A DNA stretch of 64,000 nucleotides from an uncultured delta proteobacterium (GTDB lineage: Bacteria; Myxococcota_A; Polyangia; Polyangiales; Polyangiaceae): assembly GCA_963841435.1 (NCBI GenBank), contig CAWJCS010000005.1, positions 192,001 through 256,000 of the forward strand. Direction: 5' to 3'. The number at the start of each line of letters is the position of its first letter. Position 1 is the stretch's first letter. A program made the translations under genes and the position numbers. Below the pieces are notes generated by a model. It did not search any database. It saw only the letters and a list, made by a program, of their open reading frames with translations, and was not told where the DNA came from. Shown here one piece after another: positions 22,405 through 31,880 of this stretch.

Positions 22405-24711
22405 ATGGCTCACGTTTCGCACAAGCTCTCGGGCTCCTTCCAGGGCGCTCTCGCCGGCGGCGGCGACCCGGCAACTTCGCCGCTCTACGTTTTCGGCCCG
22501 TTCCTCAAGCTCATCGTCGCGGCGGGCGTCGCAAGGGTGACGTTCGGGGCGTCGATCTGGCTCGCGGTGCTCACGGTCGCAACCGTCAGCGCGATGTACC
22601 GCCTCGTGATGACCTGGGTCACCGACGGCAGCGGTGGCAGCGGGCTCAGCGAGGAGGAGTTCGGCTCGTGGGCTGTCAAGCTGAACGCGGGGATCACCGT
22701 CGTCGAGTACACGCTCACGTTCCTGGTGAGCATCGCCGCACTCGTGACGTTCGCGTCGGATCGCGTCCCGGCGCTCGCGGGGCACTTCGCGGGCCTCCCG
22801 ATGAGGACGCTGATCGCCGCGGCCTTGAGCCTCGGCACCGGCCTCGTCGTGAACCGCGGGCCCCGGATGGCGGCGCGGGCCTTCGGGCCCGCCACGGCCG
22901 GCGTGCTCTTGCTCCTTTGGGTGATGATCGGCGCGACCATCTGGCAGCGCGGTCTCGAGCTGCCGCGCCCCACTCTCGAGGCGTTTTCGGGGCGCTACCT
23001 GGGTTTCACGCTCGGCGGCTACGCGCACATCCTCGCGCTGATGACGGGCATCGAAATCTTCGCGAACCTCGTCGCCGCGTACGAGGGGCCCGCGCGCGCG
23101 CGGAGCCGCCAGGCGTTCGGCAGCCTGCTCATCGTCATGGGCACGACCTCGCTCACGATGCTCATCGTCGGACCCGCCATACGCGATCTCTCCGATCCGC
23201 TCGACGCGAAGGTATCGGTCTTCACCCAGACCATGGATCAACTGCTGCCGGCGCCGCTCGCGTACTTCGGTACCTTCGTGGGCATCGCCGTCCTGCTGTC
23301 GGCCGCCGCAGCGAGCGCCCAGGGCATCCAGAATCTCGCGCTCGGTTTGCGCTACCGGCAGTACATCCCGGCGTACCTCGGCCAGCGAAACCGTTTCGAC
23401 GTCGCCGACCGCCCCGTCTGGCTTCAGGTCGGCGTGTGCGTCGCGTGCTTCTTCGTCTTCGGAACCGCCGAGGAGACGTACCTCGCGCTCTATGCTGCCG
23501 GCGTCTTCATCTTGCTGAGCCTCACGGGCTGGGCTGCCGTCAAGCGGCTCACGCGCATGCTCAGGGCCGAGCGGAGCTTGTCGGGCGGGCTCACGCTGGC
23601 CGGGACGGCGCTCGCGGCACTGCTCACGACCGGCGCGACGGCCATCATCTTCGAGGATCGATTTCGCGAAGGCGCGTGGGCGTACTTCCTGCTCGTGCCC
23701 GCCATGTACGCGGCCTTCGGCTACTTCCGGCGGCGGCTCGGCGCGCCCTCGGCGGTCGAGGACAGGCTCGGTCAGCTCATGACATGGAGCTACCTCCCTC
23801 CGCTCACGAGCCAATCGCTGTACGCGACGAGCGGGCCGCAGCGCGTGCTCTGCCCGCTCGACGGCTCGCCCGATGCCGAGCACGCCCTGAGCATCGCCAG
23901 CCTGCTCGCGCGAGCGTACGGCTCGCGTCTGACGTTGCTCTCGGTCCTCGAGTCCGATCGGGCGGACGCTTCGAGCGACGATGCGCTCTCGCGCCGCTAC
24001 CTCGCCGACGTCGAGGAGCAGCTGAGCGTGAGCGGCCTGGTCGTCGACACGGTCGTGCGAACGGGCTCCGCACCGTCGGAGATCGGCAACGTGGCTCGCG
24101 AGCTGCCGGCTGACGTCGTCGTGATGACGACGCAGGGCCGAAGCCGGCTCCAGCGCTGGTGGGAGGGGAGCGTCACCACGGAGGTCATCTACCAGACGAC
24201 CCCGCCGCTGATCGTCATCCGCCCCACGGAGCATTTTCGCAGCACGCGCACGCGCTTCGCACGCCTGCTCGTGGCTCTCGACGGCTCCGACCTCGCCGAG
24301 CAGGTCTTGCCGCATGCGCGCCAGCTCGCCGAGCAGTTCCACAGCGAGCTCGTGTTGCTCTCGGTCCGCGAAGGCTCGGAATCGGAAGAATACGCGGACA
24401 CCGTGCAGCGCTACCTCGAGCGCATTCGCGAGCGGCTCAGCGGGGACGGCATCCAGGTGCGAGCCCTCGTGGAAGCGTCGGCACCGGCGCAAGCCATCCT
24501 GCGCGTCGCCGAGACCGAAGAGGTCGATCTGCTCATGCTCGTGAGCCACGGGCGCGGCGGCGTTGCGCGCCAGCAATACGTCAAGCTCGGCAGCGTCACC
24601 GATGCCGTGCTGCAGAAAACGCCTTGTCCCGTCTTCCTGGTCTCCGCCGTGCCGGCGGGCGCGGTGCTCGCCGCCCCGGAAGCCCCCCCGCCCGAGCCCG
24701 CGACGGCCTGA
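22405..24711 (+). CDS. APC-superfamily (KUP/KimA-like) transporter fused to two USP domains
   Basis: About 12 TM segments with GDPATSPLY, EYTLTFLVS and LMTGIEIFAN; then LCPLDGS…TTQGRS…GSVT and LVALDGS…SHGRGG…GSVTDAVL USP domains. Confidence 0.85.
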   Translation: MAHVSHKLSGSFQGALAGGGDPATSPLYVFGPFLKLIVAAGVARVTFGASIWLAVLTVATVSAMYRLVMTWVTDGSGGSGLSEEEFGSWAVKLNAGITVVEYTLTFLVSIAALVTFASDRVPALAGHFAGLPMRTLIAAALSLGTGLVVNRGPRMAARAFGPATAGVLLLLWVMIGATIWQRGLELPRPTLEAFSGRYLGFTLGGYAHILALMTGIEIFANLVAAYEGPARARSRQAFGSLLIVMGTTSLTMLIVGPAIRDLSDPLDAKVSVFTQTMDQLLPAPLAYFGTFVGIAVLLSAAAASAQGIQNLALGLRYRQYIPAYLGQRNRFDVADRPVWLQVGVCVACFFVFGTAEETYLALYAAGVFILLSLTGWAAVKRLTRMLRAERSLSGGLTLAGTALAALLTTGATAIIFEDRFREGAWAYFLLVPAMYAAFGYFRRRLGAPSAVEDRLGQLMTWSYLPPLTSQSLYATSGPQRVLCPLDGSPDAEHALSIASLLARAYGSRLTLLSVLESDRADASSDDALSRRYLADVEEQLSVSGLVVDTVVRTGSAPSEIGNVARELPADVVVMTTQGRSRLQRWWEGSVTTEVIYQTTPPLIVIRPTEHFRSTRTRFARLLVALDGSDLAEQVLPHARQLAEQFHSELVLLSVREGSESEEYADTVQRYLERIRERLSGDGIQVRALVEASAPAQAILRVAETEEVDLLMLVSHGRGGVARQQYVKLGSVTDAVLQKTPCPVFLVSAVPAGAVLAAPEAPPPEPATA

Positions 24712-24772
24712 GCCGCTTCGGCTCCGCGTGGGTCACACCGTGGTGTCCGGGCGCCGTGCCCGGCGCTCGGGG

Positions 24773-25708
24773 TCAGCCGGGGCTCGGCGCGCGAGCCGCC
24801 TCGCGGCGGCCAGCTGCGCGCAGCGGCTCGCCGTGCCGCACGAGCACGGCCGGAGGCTCGATGCCGTGCGCACGGAATGCGTCGAGCACGCGCAGGTGCA
24901 CGTCCGTCTCGAAGGCCTTCTCGTACCTCGTGTCGAGCACGTAGGGCCGCGCCTTGACGTGAACGGCCACGACGTCATTTAGCAGCACCTGCCGCGCGAG
25001 CACCGGCACCTCGCGCTCGAGGAACACGTAGCGGCTCGTGAGGCACGCTTCGAGAACGAGCTCGCGCGCGAGCGCGATGTTCTGATCGATGCCCACGTAG
25101 AAGTCCATGGGCACCTGCATCTCGAGCGCGCCGTAGTTGCCGCACGAGGTCACATCGGTCAAGATCTTGTTGTTGGGGATGGTGACCACGTTGTGGTCCA
25201 GCGTGTTCATGCGCACGCTGCGGAGGCCAATCTTGATGATGTCGCCGTATTCGCCGGCGTACTCCACGCGGTCGCCCACCTGAAAGGGGCGATCGAACAT
25301 GATGGTGACGCCCGCGATGAAGGCAGCGACGAGGTCGCGCATCGCGAAGCCGACGGCGAAGGCCAGGGCACCGCCGATCACCGTGAGCGCCGTCGAGTCG
25401 AGGCGCACGCTCAGACCGAGGCAGACGCCCGCCGTGACGATATAGGAGATGAAACGGATGAACGACTCGATCTTCTGGATCAGGAGGCGCCTGGACGTGA
25501 AGCTCTTGGTGATGCGATCGGCGACGCCGCTCACGAGCCTGAGCACCACCGCCGTGCCGACGATGACCGGTACCGACAGCAAGAGGCCTCCCCAGCGAAT
25601 GAAGCCGGCGAGCTTGCCCAGGTCGGGGGTTTCCTGCGCCTTCGCGACTCCCACGTACGCGAGCATCGAACAGAAGAGCGCGAGCGAGAAAAGCTGGTGT
25701 CGTCGCAT
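24773..25708 (-). CDS. MscS-family mechanosensitive channel
   Basis: GGALAFAVGFAMRDLVA, DRPFQVGDRV, IGLRSVR, TIPNN; RBS AAGGAG overlaps the upstream stop. Confidence 0.9.
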   Translation of the reverse strand: MRRHQLFSLALFCSMLAYVGVAKAQETPDLGKLAGFIRWGGLLLSVPVIVGTAVVLRLVSGVADRITKSFTSRRLLIQKIESFIRFISYIVTAGVCLGLSVRLDSTALTVIGGALAFAVGFAMRDLVAAFIAGVTIMFDRPFQVGDRVEYAGEYGDIIKIGLRSVRMNTLDHNVVTIPNNKILTDVTSCGNYGALEMQVPMDFYVGIDQNIALARELVLEACLTSRYVFLEREVPVLARQVLLNDVVAVHVKARPYVLDTRYEKAFETDVHLRVLDAFRAHGIEPPAVLVRHGEPLRAAGRREAARAPSPG

Positions 25709-25719
25709 GGAGATCTCCT

Positions 25720-28700
25720 TCACGGCGTCGCCAGGAGGTGGCGGCGCTGCAAAAACCGCGTGATGGGGCGGAACCAGGCCCAGGTGATCCGGTAGCGGTC
25801 GCCGACGAGCGCGAAGTAGCCTCGCAACAGACCGTAGCGGAGCGCGTCCTCCACCTCGTCGGGGCGCAACATCGTCACCGCTATCACGTCACCCGGGTGC
25901 GCGAGCTCGAGCTGGACCACGGCACGCAGCACGAACACCGCGCTGTCCGGTAGCCGCTCGAGCTCGTGCGAATCGGGCGCGTCGAACACCTTGACGGCGA
26001 CGCGGCCTCCCGTGAGCGAGCCGAGGCAAAGCCGCCATGCATGCAAGGCGACGCCGGGATTGCCGGCCGCGTAGTCCCAGATCAGTCGGTAGTAGCCCGC
26101 CGCCGTGCGATCGATGGCCTCCTGGACGTCGATCTCGTCGACATCGTCGGGCAGCTCGGTCAAGAGCTCGTCGAAGCTCGGAGACAGGCCCGCCTCCTTC
26201 GAGCGATTGAGCAGGAGCCGGACGATCCCCTCCTCGGTCCAGGGCTCGAGCCGGATGACGTCGTCGAACAGCGGATAGGCGCCGCGCGCTCGCTCCACGA
26301 AGCGCCAGATCGACTCGTCGAACGCGAAGACCCACGAGCAACGGCCGCTGCGGTGCCGCGCGACGCGGAGCACCTCGTCGAAGCCGGAAAGCCCACCGAT
26401 CTTGGGCAAGATCAGCCGGTGCGCGTCGTCGATCAAGAGGCCCGCGTCGCGACCGGCTTTGTCCATCTCGCGAGCCGAGTCGTCGATCGACGCCCCCGCG
26501 GGCGCGCCCACGGCCCGCGCGAGCGCCTCGGCGAACGCCGATTCAGCTCCCGCCGGACACTCCACCTTCTTCCCGTCCCGGCAGCGAGTGAGGATGCGAT
26601 CGAGCAGCGTGGACTTTCCGGCGCCCCGCTCACCCACGACGGCGAAAACGCCGCCGCCCTCGGCGTCGATGCGAGCGATCACGCGGTCGACTTGTTCGTC
26701 GGCGACGCTCGGGACGACCTCCCGAGACCGCGTGTTCGGCCCGAGCGCGTCGAAGTCCCGGTCGGGAAGGCGAGCGTACACGGTATGGATGGTCTCGGCA
26801 CGACGCGTCATGTCGCGACGGAACAGGTACGCGAGCACGCGGCGCGTGACGACGAAGCCGCTCGCCCATTGCCGCACGGTGCGCCCCGTACCGCTCGCGA
26901 GCAGCTCGACGCCCGCGAGCAGCGCCGCGGCCATGCTCGTCCAGCCCGATTCCTGGCGGATCACCCAGCGATCGAACGCGTTCTTCTTGCGCTTGAGCTC
27001 GACGCGCTCGAACACGATGCCGCGCCACCAGCGCACGAGCACGAGCGCGATGGGGATCGCCGCGAACCAGCAGGTCGAGAGCACCCAAGCGTAGATCGTG
27101 CCGCGGCCCACGAGCTTTTCGCTCAGCGAGAGCACGAGCGCGACGCCCACGACGACGCGACCGACGAGACGCAGCGAGCGCAGGCGGACGTGCGCGGTCT
27201 GCATCCGACTGCCGCGACGCCCGAGCTCACCGGCGTTGGCGATGGCATCGATGGCGGCGACGACCACGGCGCCCCCCAGCGTCCAGCCGAACACGGCGCG
27301 TGCCACGTCCACCTCGAGCAGCGATTGCGCCTCGCCGGGCAGGAGCGCCACCATTGCAAGCAAGAGCAACAGCCACTCGACGGGCGATCGCACGCGGATC
27401 ACGAACTCGAGCGCGCGTTCGACGGGGGAGCCCTCGACCTCGCGCGTGCGCCGCCTCTCGGTGCGCGCGTCGTCGCGCCAGGCGACGAGCACGGACTCGG
27501 CCCGCCGCCGCCACCACATGAAAAGGCCAATCGGCACGACCCACTTGAGCAGCACGACCCCCGCCATCACGGCGCTCCCCGTGCGCGCACCCCCGCGCAA
27601 GATCTTGCCGATGAAGATGCGCAACTCCACGACGTGGTGACGCAAGACCAGCACCACCTGGCGTGCTTCAGCCTGCGCCTGGTCGAGGCCGGCCGGCCCG
27701 AAGCTCACGATCTGGTTACGTCGGGTACCACTCAGAAACGGGTAGAGCGCCAGGCGATCCTGGTTCAGGGCCACGACGTGGTCGTAGTGAGCAACGAATG
27801 CGTCGTTGCGCAGCGATTGCTCGAGCGCGCCGAGACGCGCGGCGTCGCGCTCGACCAGGCGACGCTGCTTCGCCGGCGCGGCGCGATCCATGTCGGCGGG
27901 CAGGCTCAACAGGCGATCGTCGCCGGCCACGGGCACTTCGCTGTCGGCTCCCATCGCGCCGATGGCGTCCGCCAGGCGTTCCCGCGCGCCGCGCAGCTCC
28001 TTGCGCAGATCGGCGTACAGGTCGTCGACCTCTTGCGCCCCAGCCTCGCCCTGCTCGGCGTGCGCCACGGCCTCGCGAATGCGACGGTGCCAGCCGAGGA
28101 TGATCTCCTCGTGCGCGCGCAAGGCGGTGCGCTCTTCGACGATACGCTTCTCGAAGATCGCTTGCTTCTGCGACACGGCGAGCAGGCGCGCGTACTCCTC
28201 CGCGACGAGGCGCAGCGCTTCGTTGCGCGAGGTGCGAGCCATCTCGAGCGCCCGCTGCCGCTCCTCCTCGGCGGCCTGCGCGCGCTGCTCGGCCTCGTCG
28301 AGCTGACGCTCGGCCTGCGCGCCTTTGTCCCCCGCCTGACGAGTCTGGTGCACCTCGAGCAGACGCCGGCGCTCGGCGGCGGAAAGCGCGTAGAAGTCGC
28401 GGCGCGCGCGGTCGAGCTCGAGCCGCGCGGCGAGCTCCTCGGGCGTGAAGAGCGGCGGCCCGGCGTTGACTCCCGCGTCGAGCCCGCCGTCCACGCCGGC
28501 ATCGACGGTAGCCGCCGGCGCGCGCGGCAACCGTTTGCTCCGCTTCGCGCCCGCGTCCGGCGGCACCGCGCCGGCGTCGGTCGCGCCGAGCAGCTGGTCG
28601 AGCCGTTCGGCTTCGAGCGCGACGGCGCTCTCGACAGCGAGATCGACGTCGAAGAGCGACTTGGGATCGACGGACGGCGCCAGGCGCTCCGCCATGAGAT

Positions 28701-29172
28701 CGCGAATGCTCGCCGTGGTCTTCGCGAACGCGCCGACCACGGCGCTGACGGGGCCTGCGTCGGCATCGGCGGCCGCGTTGACGCCCGCATCGGACGGTGA
28801 CGACCCGGCGACGGGCGGCGCGGCGGTTCCGTCCGGCTTGGGCGCACGGGCCGCGACCGGCGTTTTCGAGACGGACTTCGCTGCCGGCGCGGCGGCCGGC
28901 GGCGTCGTCGCGGGCGGTTTCGCCGTGGTGCCGGCGGCCGCCGCCGTACTCGCGGGCTTCGCCGTGCCGGCGGCGGGCGGCGGGGCGCTCGCTGCTCCCG
29001 ACGGCGCCGGAGCGGCGAGCGCGAGCGCCGCGACCGTGATGACGCCGCCCAGGCCGAGCCCGGCGAGCACGCGAACGAGGGCCCGCTCAAACATCGACGC
29101 ATGGTTGCCAGTGTTCCGAGCAGCTGTCATCCCCGGCCACGGGAGCCGCCATGAGATCGCGGCTGGACGCAC
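25720..29172 (-). CDS. Large membrane protein: signal/Pro-rich region, coiled coil, multi-TM block, C-terminal P-loop (AAA-like) ATPase
   Basis: Walker A GERGAGKST, Walker B LLIDDAH, later GNPG; heptad-rich AERQLDEAEQRAQAAEEERQR. Start uncertain. Confidence 0.8.
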   Translation of the reverse strand: MRPAAISWRLPWPGMTAARNTGNHASMFERALVRVLAGLGLGGVITVAALALAAPAPSGAASAPPPAAGTAKPASTAAAAGTTAKPPATTPPAAAPAAKSVSKTPVAARAPKPDGTAAPPVAGSSPSDAGVNAAADADAGPVSAVVGAFAKTTASIRDLMAERLAPSVDPKSLFDVDLAVESAVALEAERLDQLLGATDAGAVPPDAGAKRSKRLPRAPAATVDAGVDGGLDAGVNAGPPLFTPEELAARLELDRARRDFYALSAAERRRLLEVHQTRQAGDKGAQAERQLDEAEQRAQAAEEERQRALEMARTSRNEALRLVAEEYARLLAVSQKQAIFEKRIVEERTALRAHEEIILGWHRRIREAVAHAEQGEAGAQEVDDLYADLRKELRGARERLADAIGAMGADSEVPVAGDDRLLSLPADMDRAAPAKQRRLVERDAARLGALEQSLRNDAFVAHYDHVVALNQDRLALYPFLSGTRRNQIVSFGPAGLDQAQAEARQVVLVLRHHVVELRIFIGKILRGGARTGSAVMAGVVLLKWVVPIGLFMWWRRRAESVLVAWRDDARTERRRTREVEGSPVERALEFVIRVRSPVEWLLLLLAMVALLPGEAQSLLEVDVARAVFGWTLGGAVVVAAIDAIANAGELGRRGSRMQTAHVRLRSLRLVGRVVVGVALVLSLSEKLVGRGTIYAWVLSTCWFAAIPIALVLVRWWRGIVFERVELKRKKNAFDRWVIRQESGWTSMAAALLAGVELLASGTGRTVRQWASGFVVTRRVLAYLFRRDMTRRAETIHTVYARLPDRDFDALGPNTRSREVVPSVADEQVDRVIARIDAEGGGVFAVVGERGAGKSTLLDRILTRCRDGKKVECPAGAESAFAEALARAVGAPAGASIDDSAREMDKAGRDAGLLIDDAHRLILPKIGGLSGFDEVLRVARHRSGRCSWVFAFDESIWRFVERARGAYPLFDDVIRLEPWTEEGIVRLLLNRSKEAGLSPSFDELLTELPDDVDEIDVQEAIDRTAAGYYRLIWDYAAGNPGVALHAWRLCLGSLTGGRVAVKVFDAPDSHELERLPDSAVFVLRAVVQLELAHPGDVIAVTMLRPDEVEDALRYGLLRGYFALVGDRYRITWAWFRPITRFLQRRHLLATP

Positions 29173-29221
29173 CCACGATTCGGGCTACCTTGCGCGAACG
29201 GCAGCGACCGGGAGGTGACGC

Positions 29222-30388
29222 GTGCTCTTTCGACGAACGAACGGGTGGCCCGTGGTGGGGCCGAGAAACTGCATCCTCGCGTTGGGCGTCTTCGCCATGG
29301 CGGTTGGGGCCTGCTCCGGCGACTCCAAATCCAATGCGTCGGGCGGCAGCGGTCAGGGGGGAAGCGCTGGTGTTGGCCCCCAGCCGGGCTCGGGCGGTAG
29401 CGCGGGCCGCGGCGGCAGCTCGGGAAGCTCCGGCGCCTCGCTCGGCGGCAGCTCGGGAAGCTCCGGCGCCTCGCTCGGCGGCAGCTCGGGAAGCTCCGGC
29501 GCCTCGCTCGGCGGCAGCTCGGGCGCCTCGCTCGGCGGCGGCGGCTCGGACGCGGGCAGCGCCGGCTCGGGAGAGGGCGGTTGCGCGCCCACCTCGTGCG
29601 AAGACGAGGGCGCGAGCTGCGGCCCCCTTTCCGACGGCTGCGGCAACATGCTCGACTGCGGTAGCTGCGCGAACGGCTGTAGCTGCGGCGACGACAACAC
29701 CTGCGAAGGCGCCACCACGAGCGACGAAGCGCGTCGCTACGGACAGCGCGGCCGAAGCTCCGGCTTCATGGGCACCGACACGCAGTACTACGAGCTTTAC
29801 GACATCGGCGCCTGCTTCAGCGTCAACGACTGCATCGATCCCTGTCTCCAGCGCGGCGGCACCCAGGAGATGTGTGCCGCGGGCGAGTGCATCCACTCGC
29901 TCGACGACTACTGCCTGCCGGCGACCATCTGGCAAAACCTCGGCAGCCTCAGCGCAGAGGGCGACGATCCGTACACCGAGGCGGCCGAGCTCGTGCTCGT
30001 CGGCACGCCGTACCACGACACGCTGCTCGTCAACGACTTCAAGCTCGAGGTGCCCGCCGCTGCCGAAATTCGCGGCATTACCGTCACCGTTCGCCGTGCC
30101 GCCGGTGGTGACGACGAAGCGGTTGACGCCGCCGTACGGCTCGTCAAGGGCGGTGTCGTCACGGATGCCGATCGCTCGAGCCCAATCCCGTGGAACGCCC
30201 CGCCCTTCGAAGACGTGGACTACGGCAGTGCCACGGATCTCTGGAACGAAAGCTGGACACCCGCCGACGTGAACGCCGCCGACTTCGGTGTGGCCCTGCG
30301 CACCGCGTACACGCAGACGGCGGGCAATGGTCGCGCCTACGTCGATATCGTCTACGTCACCGTGAGCTACGATATCGCCTGTCAGTAG
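29222..30388 (+). CDS. Gly-rich, Cys-rich lipoprotein with a beta-sandwich-like C-terminal domain
   Basis: VGAC lipobox, CGPLSDGCG..LDCGSC module, YGSATDLWNESWTPADVN domain; start uncertain. Confidence 0.75.
   Translation: MLFRRTNGWPVVGPRNCILALGVFAMAVGACSGDSKSNASGGSGQGGSAGVGPQPGSGGSAGRGGSSGSSGASLGGSSGSSGASLGGSSGSSGASLGGSSGASLGGGGSDAGSAGSGEGGCAPTSCEDEGASCGPLSDGCGNMLDCGSCANGCSCGDDNTCEGATTSDEARRYGQRGRSSGFMGTDTQYYELYDIGACFSVNDCIDPCLQRGGTQEMCAAGECIHSLDDYCLPATIWQNLGSLSAEGDDPYTEAAELVLVGTPYHDTLLVNDFKLEVPAAAEIRGITVTVRRAAGGDDEAVDAAVRLVKGGVVTDADRSSPIPWNAPPFEDVDYGSATDLWNESWTPADVNAADFGVALRTAYTQTAGNGRAYVDIVYVTVSYDIACQ
29411..29533 (+). repeat. Coding tandem repeat, 33 bp x3 plus a shortened copy
   Basis: GGCGGCAGCTCGGGAAGCTCCGGCGCCTCGCTC at 29411, 29444 and 29477, and a 24-bp variant at 29510; encodes GGSSGSSGASL. 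Confidence 0.9.
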
Positions 30389-30514
30389 CGCCAGGCTTCG
30401 GCGAAGCGCTGCGCGCGCGTCTCGGAATGGTGGGAGGGGGGTCGGCGACCGCCGTCACCCGTCGTGCGCGGCCGCGGTGCGCGCCGTTCCACCCGTGCGC
30501 TCCGGGCGGCGGCG

Positions 30515-31771
30515 TCAGTTGCAGGTCGCCGTCGTATCGTTGCCGCCGCAGCTACAGGGGCCGAACCGGTTGACGAGCCGATCGACCTCGCACTGGGGGA
30601 GCATCGGGTTGCTCGAGACGCTGAGCTGGCCGACGGACACGAGCGCGTCGAGATTGCCGAGTGTCGGGAGCACGACGTTGCCCGCGATGGCGAGCGCTCC
30701 GGCGTTCTCGAGCGCCGAGAGGTCGAGCGAGACGAGCGAGATATTTCCCGTGACCGAGAGCGAATCGGCACTCTTGAGGCCCGGCAGCGCGAAGCTTGCC
30801 AGGGCGGCATTGCTGGCGCCGGTGAAGTTTCCCACGTCCTCGAGATCGTCGAGGCCGTCGAGCGCCTCGAGCTTGGCGTTGCCGGCAAGCGTCACGCTAC
30901 TGGTGGCCCTGATGTGATGGACGCCCTGGAGCGAGGTGAGGGCGTCGTTGGCAACCACCACGAGGCTCACGAGCATTCGTTCGGTGCCGCCGAGCGCCGC
31001 AACGCTCGTCAGCGCTGCATTGCTCGAGATCACGAGCGACTTGGTCGCCGAGTTCGAGCCCAGGAGCCGCAAGGATTCGAGCCCCGCAAGGTCCACGAGC
31101 ACGGGGTTGTCCGTCAGGACGAACGAGCCGTCGATCTGCTCCAGGCCGGCGAGCCCTTCGATGCTCGTGAGCGCCGCGTTCTGATTGACCACGAGATCCG
31201 CGGTGATCACGCGAAGAGGGCTCGGTGCGAGCGCATCGAGATCGGCCAGGGTCAACAAATCGATCGCGAGCGTGCCGTTCAGGACCTCGCAACCGAGCAT
31301 CCGGAACGCCGCGAGGTCGGCTTCGGTCGCGATGGTGACGTCGTCGTCACAGGCGACGGCGCATCCAACACCGTCAACGCACGTCTCGCCCGTGGCGCAG
31401 TCGGCGCTCGTCGTGCACTCGCCCAGCGCTCCACCCGCGCCGGCCTCGGCCTCACCCGCCATGCCCATGCCGCTCGTGCCACCTCGCCCGCCCTGCCCCC
31501 CGCTACCGCCGCGCCCCCCGCTACCACCCGTGCCGCCCGTGGCGCCTCCACCCGTCCCGGACGTCGCACCGCCGGTGCCGACGGCGGCGCTGCCGCCCGT
31601 GCCGCCGGTGCTGCTGCCACCTGTGCCGACGCGACCCGCACCCGCCCCACCGGTGCCGGAGCTCGCTCGCCCACCCGCACCGGAGTCGCTCGCCGTGCTC
31701 TTGCCGCACGCAGCGAGCGCGGCCGCCACCCCAATCGAAACCCGCAGACCCACCTGAACCCGCGACACCAT
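30515..31771 (-). CDS. Receptor L-domain (leucine-rich) lipoprotein
   Basis: LAAC lipobox, Gly linker, repeated L.I..N..L..L.GL..L units, terminal NPMLPQC. Confidence 0.8.
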   Translation of the reverse strand: MVSRVQVGLRVSIGVAAALAACGKSTASDSGAGGRASSGTGGAGAGRVGTGGSSTGGTGGSAAVGTGGATSGTGGGATGGTGGSGGRGGSGGQGGRGGTSGMGMAGEAEAGAGGALGECTTSADCATGETCVDGVGCAVACDDDVTIATEADLAAFRMLGCEVLNGTLAIDLLTLADLDALAPSPLRVITADLVVNQNAALTSIEGLAGLEQIDGSFVLTDNPVLVDLAGLESLRLLGSNSATKSLVISSNAALTSVAALGGTERMLVSLVVVANDALTSLQGVHHIRATSSVTLAGNAKLEALDGLDDLEDVGNFTGASNAALASFALPGLKSADSLSVTGNISLVSLDLSALENAGALAIAGNVVLPTLGNLDALVSVGQLSVSSNPMLPQCEVDRLVNRFGPCSCGGNDTTATCN

Positions 31772-31880
31772 GGCGAAAGGGTGCAACCCCAAAACGCGCG
31801 TGTCAACGCGTGACACGCGGCCGCCGTCCTCGGCCCAGGAACCAGTTGACCCGGCGCGCGCCCGTGACCATGGTGAGGCC

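Noticed and set aside
29411-29533. Regular direct repeats as a CRISPR array
   Set aside because: The units are contiguous with no spacers, lie in-frame in a Gly linker, and there are no cas genes.
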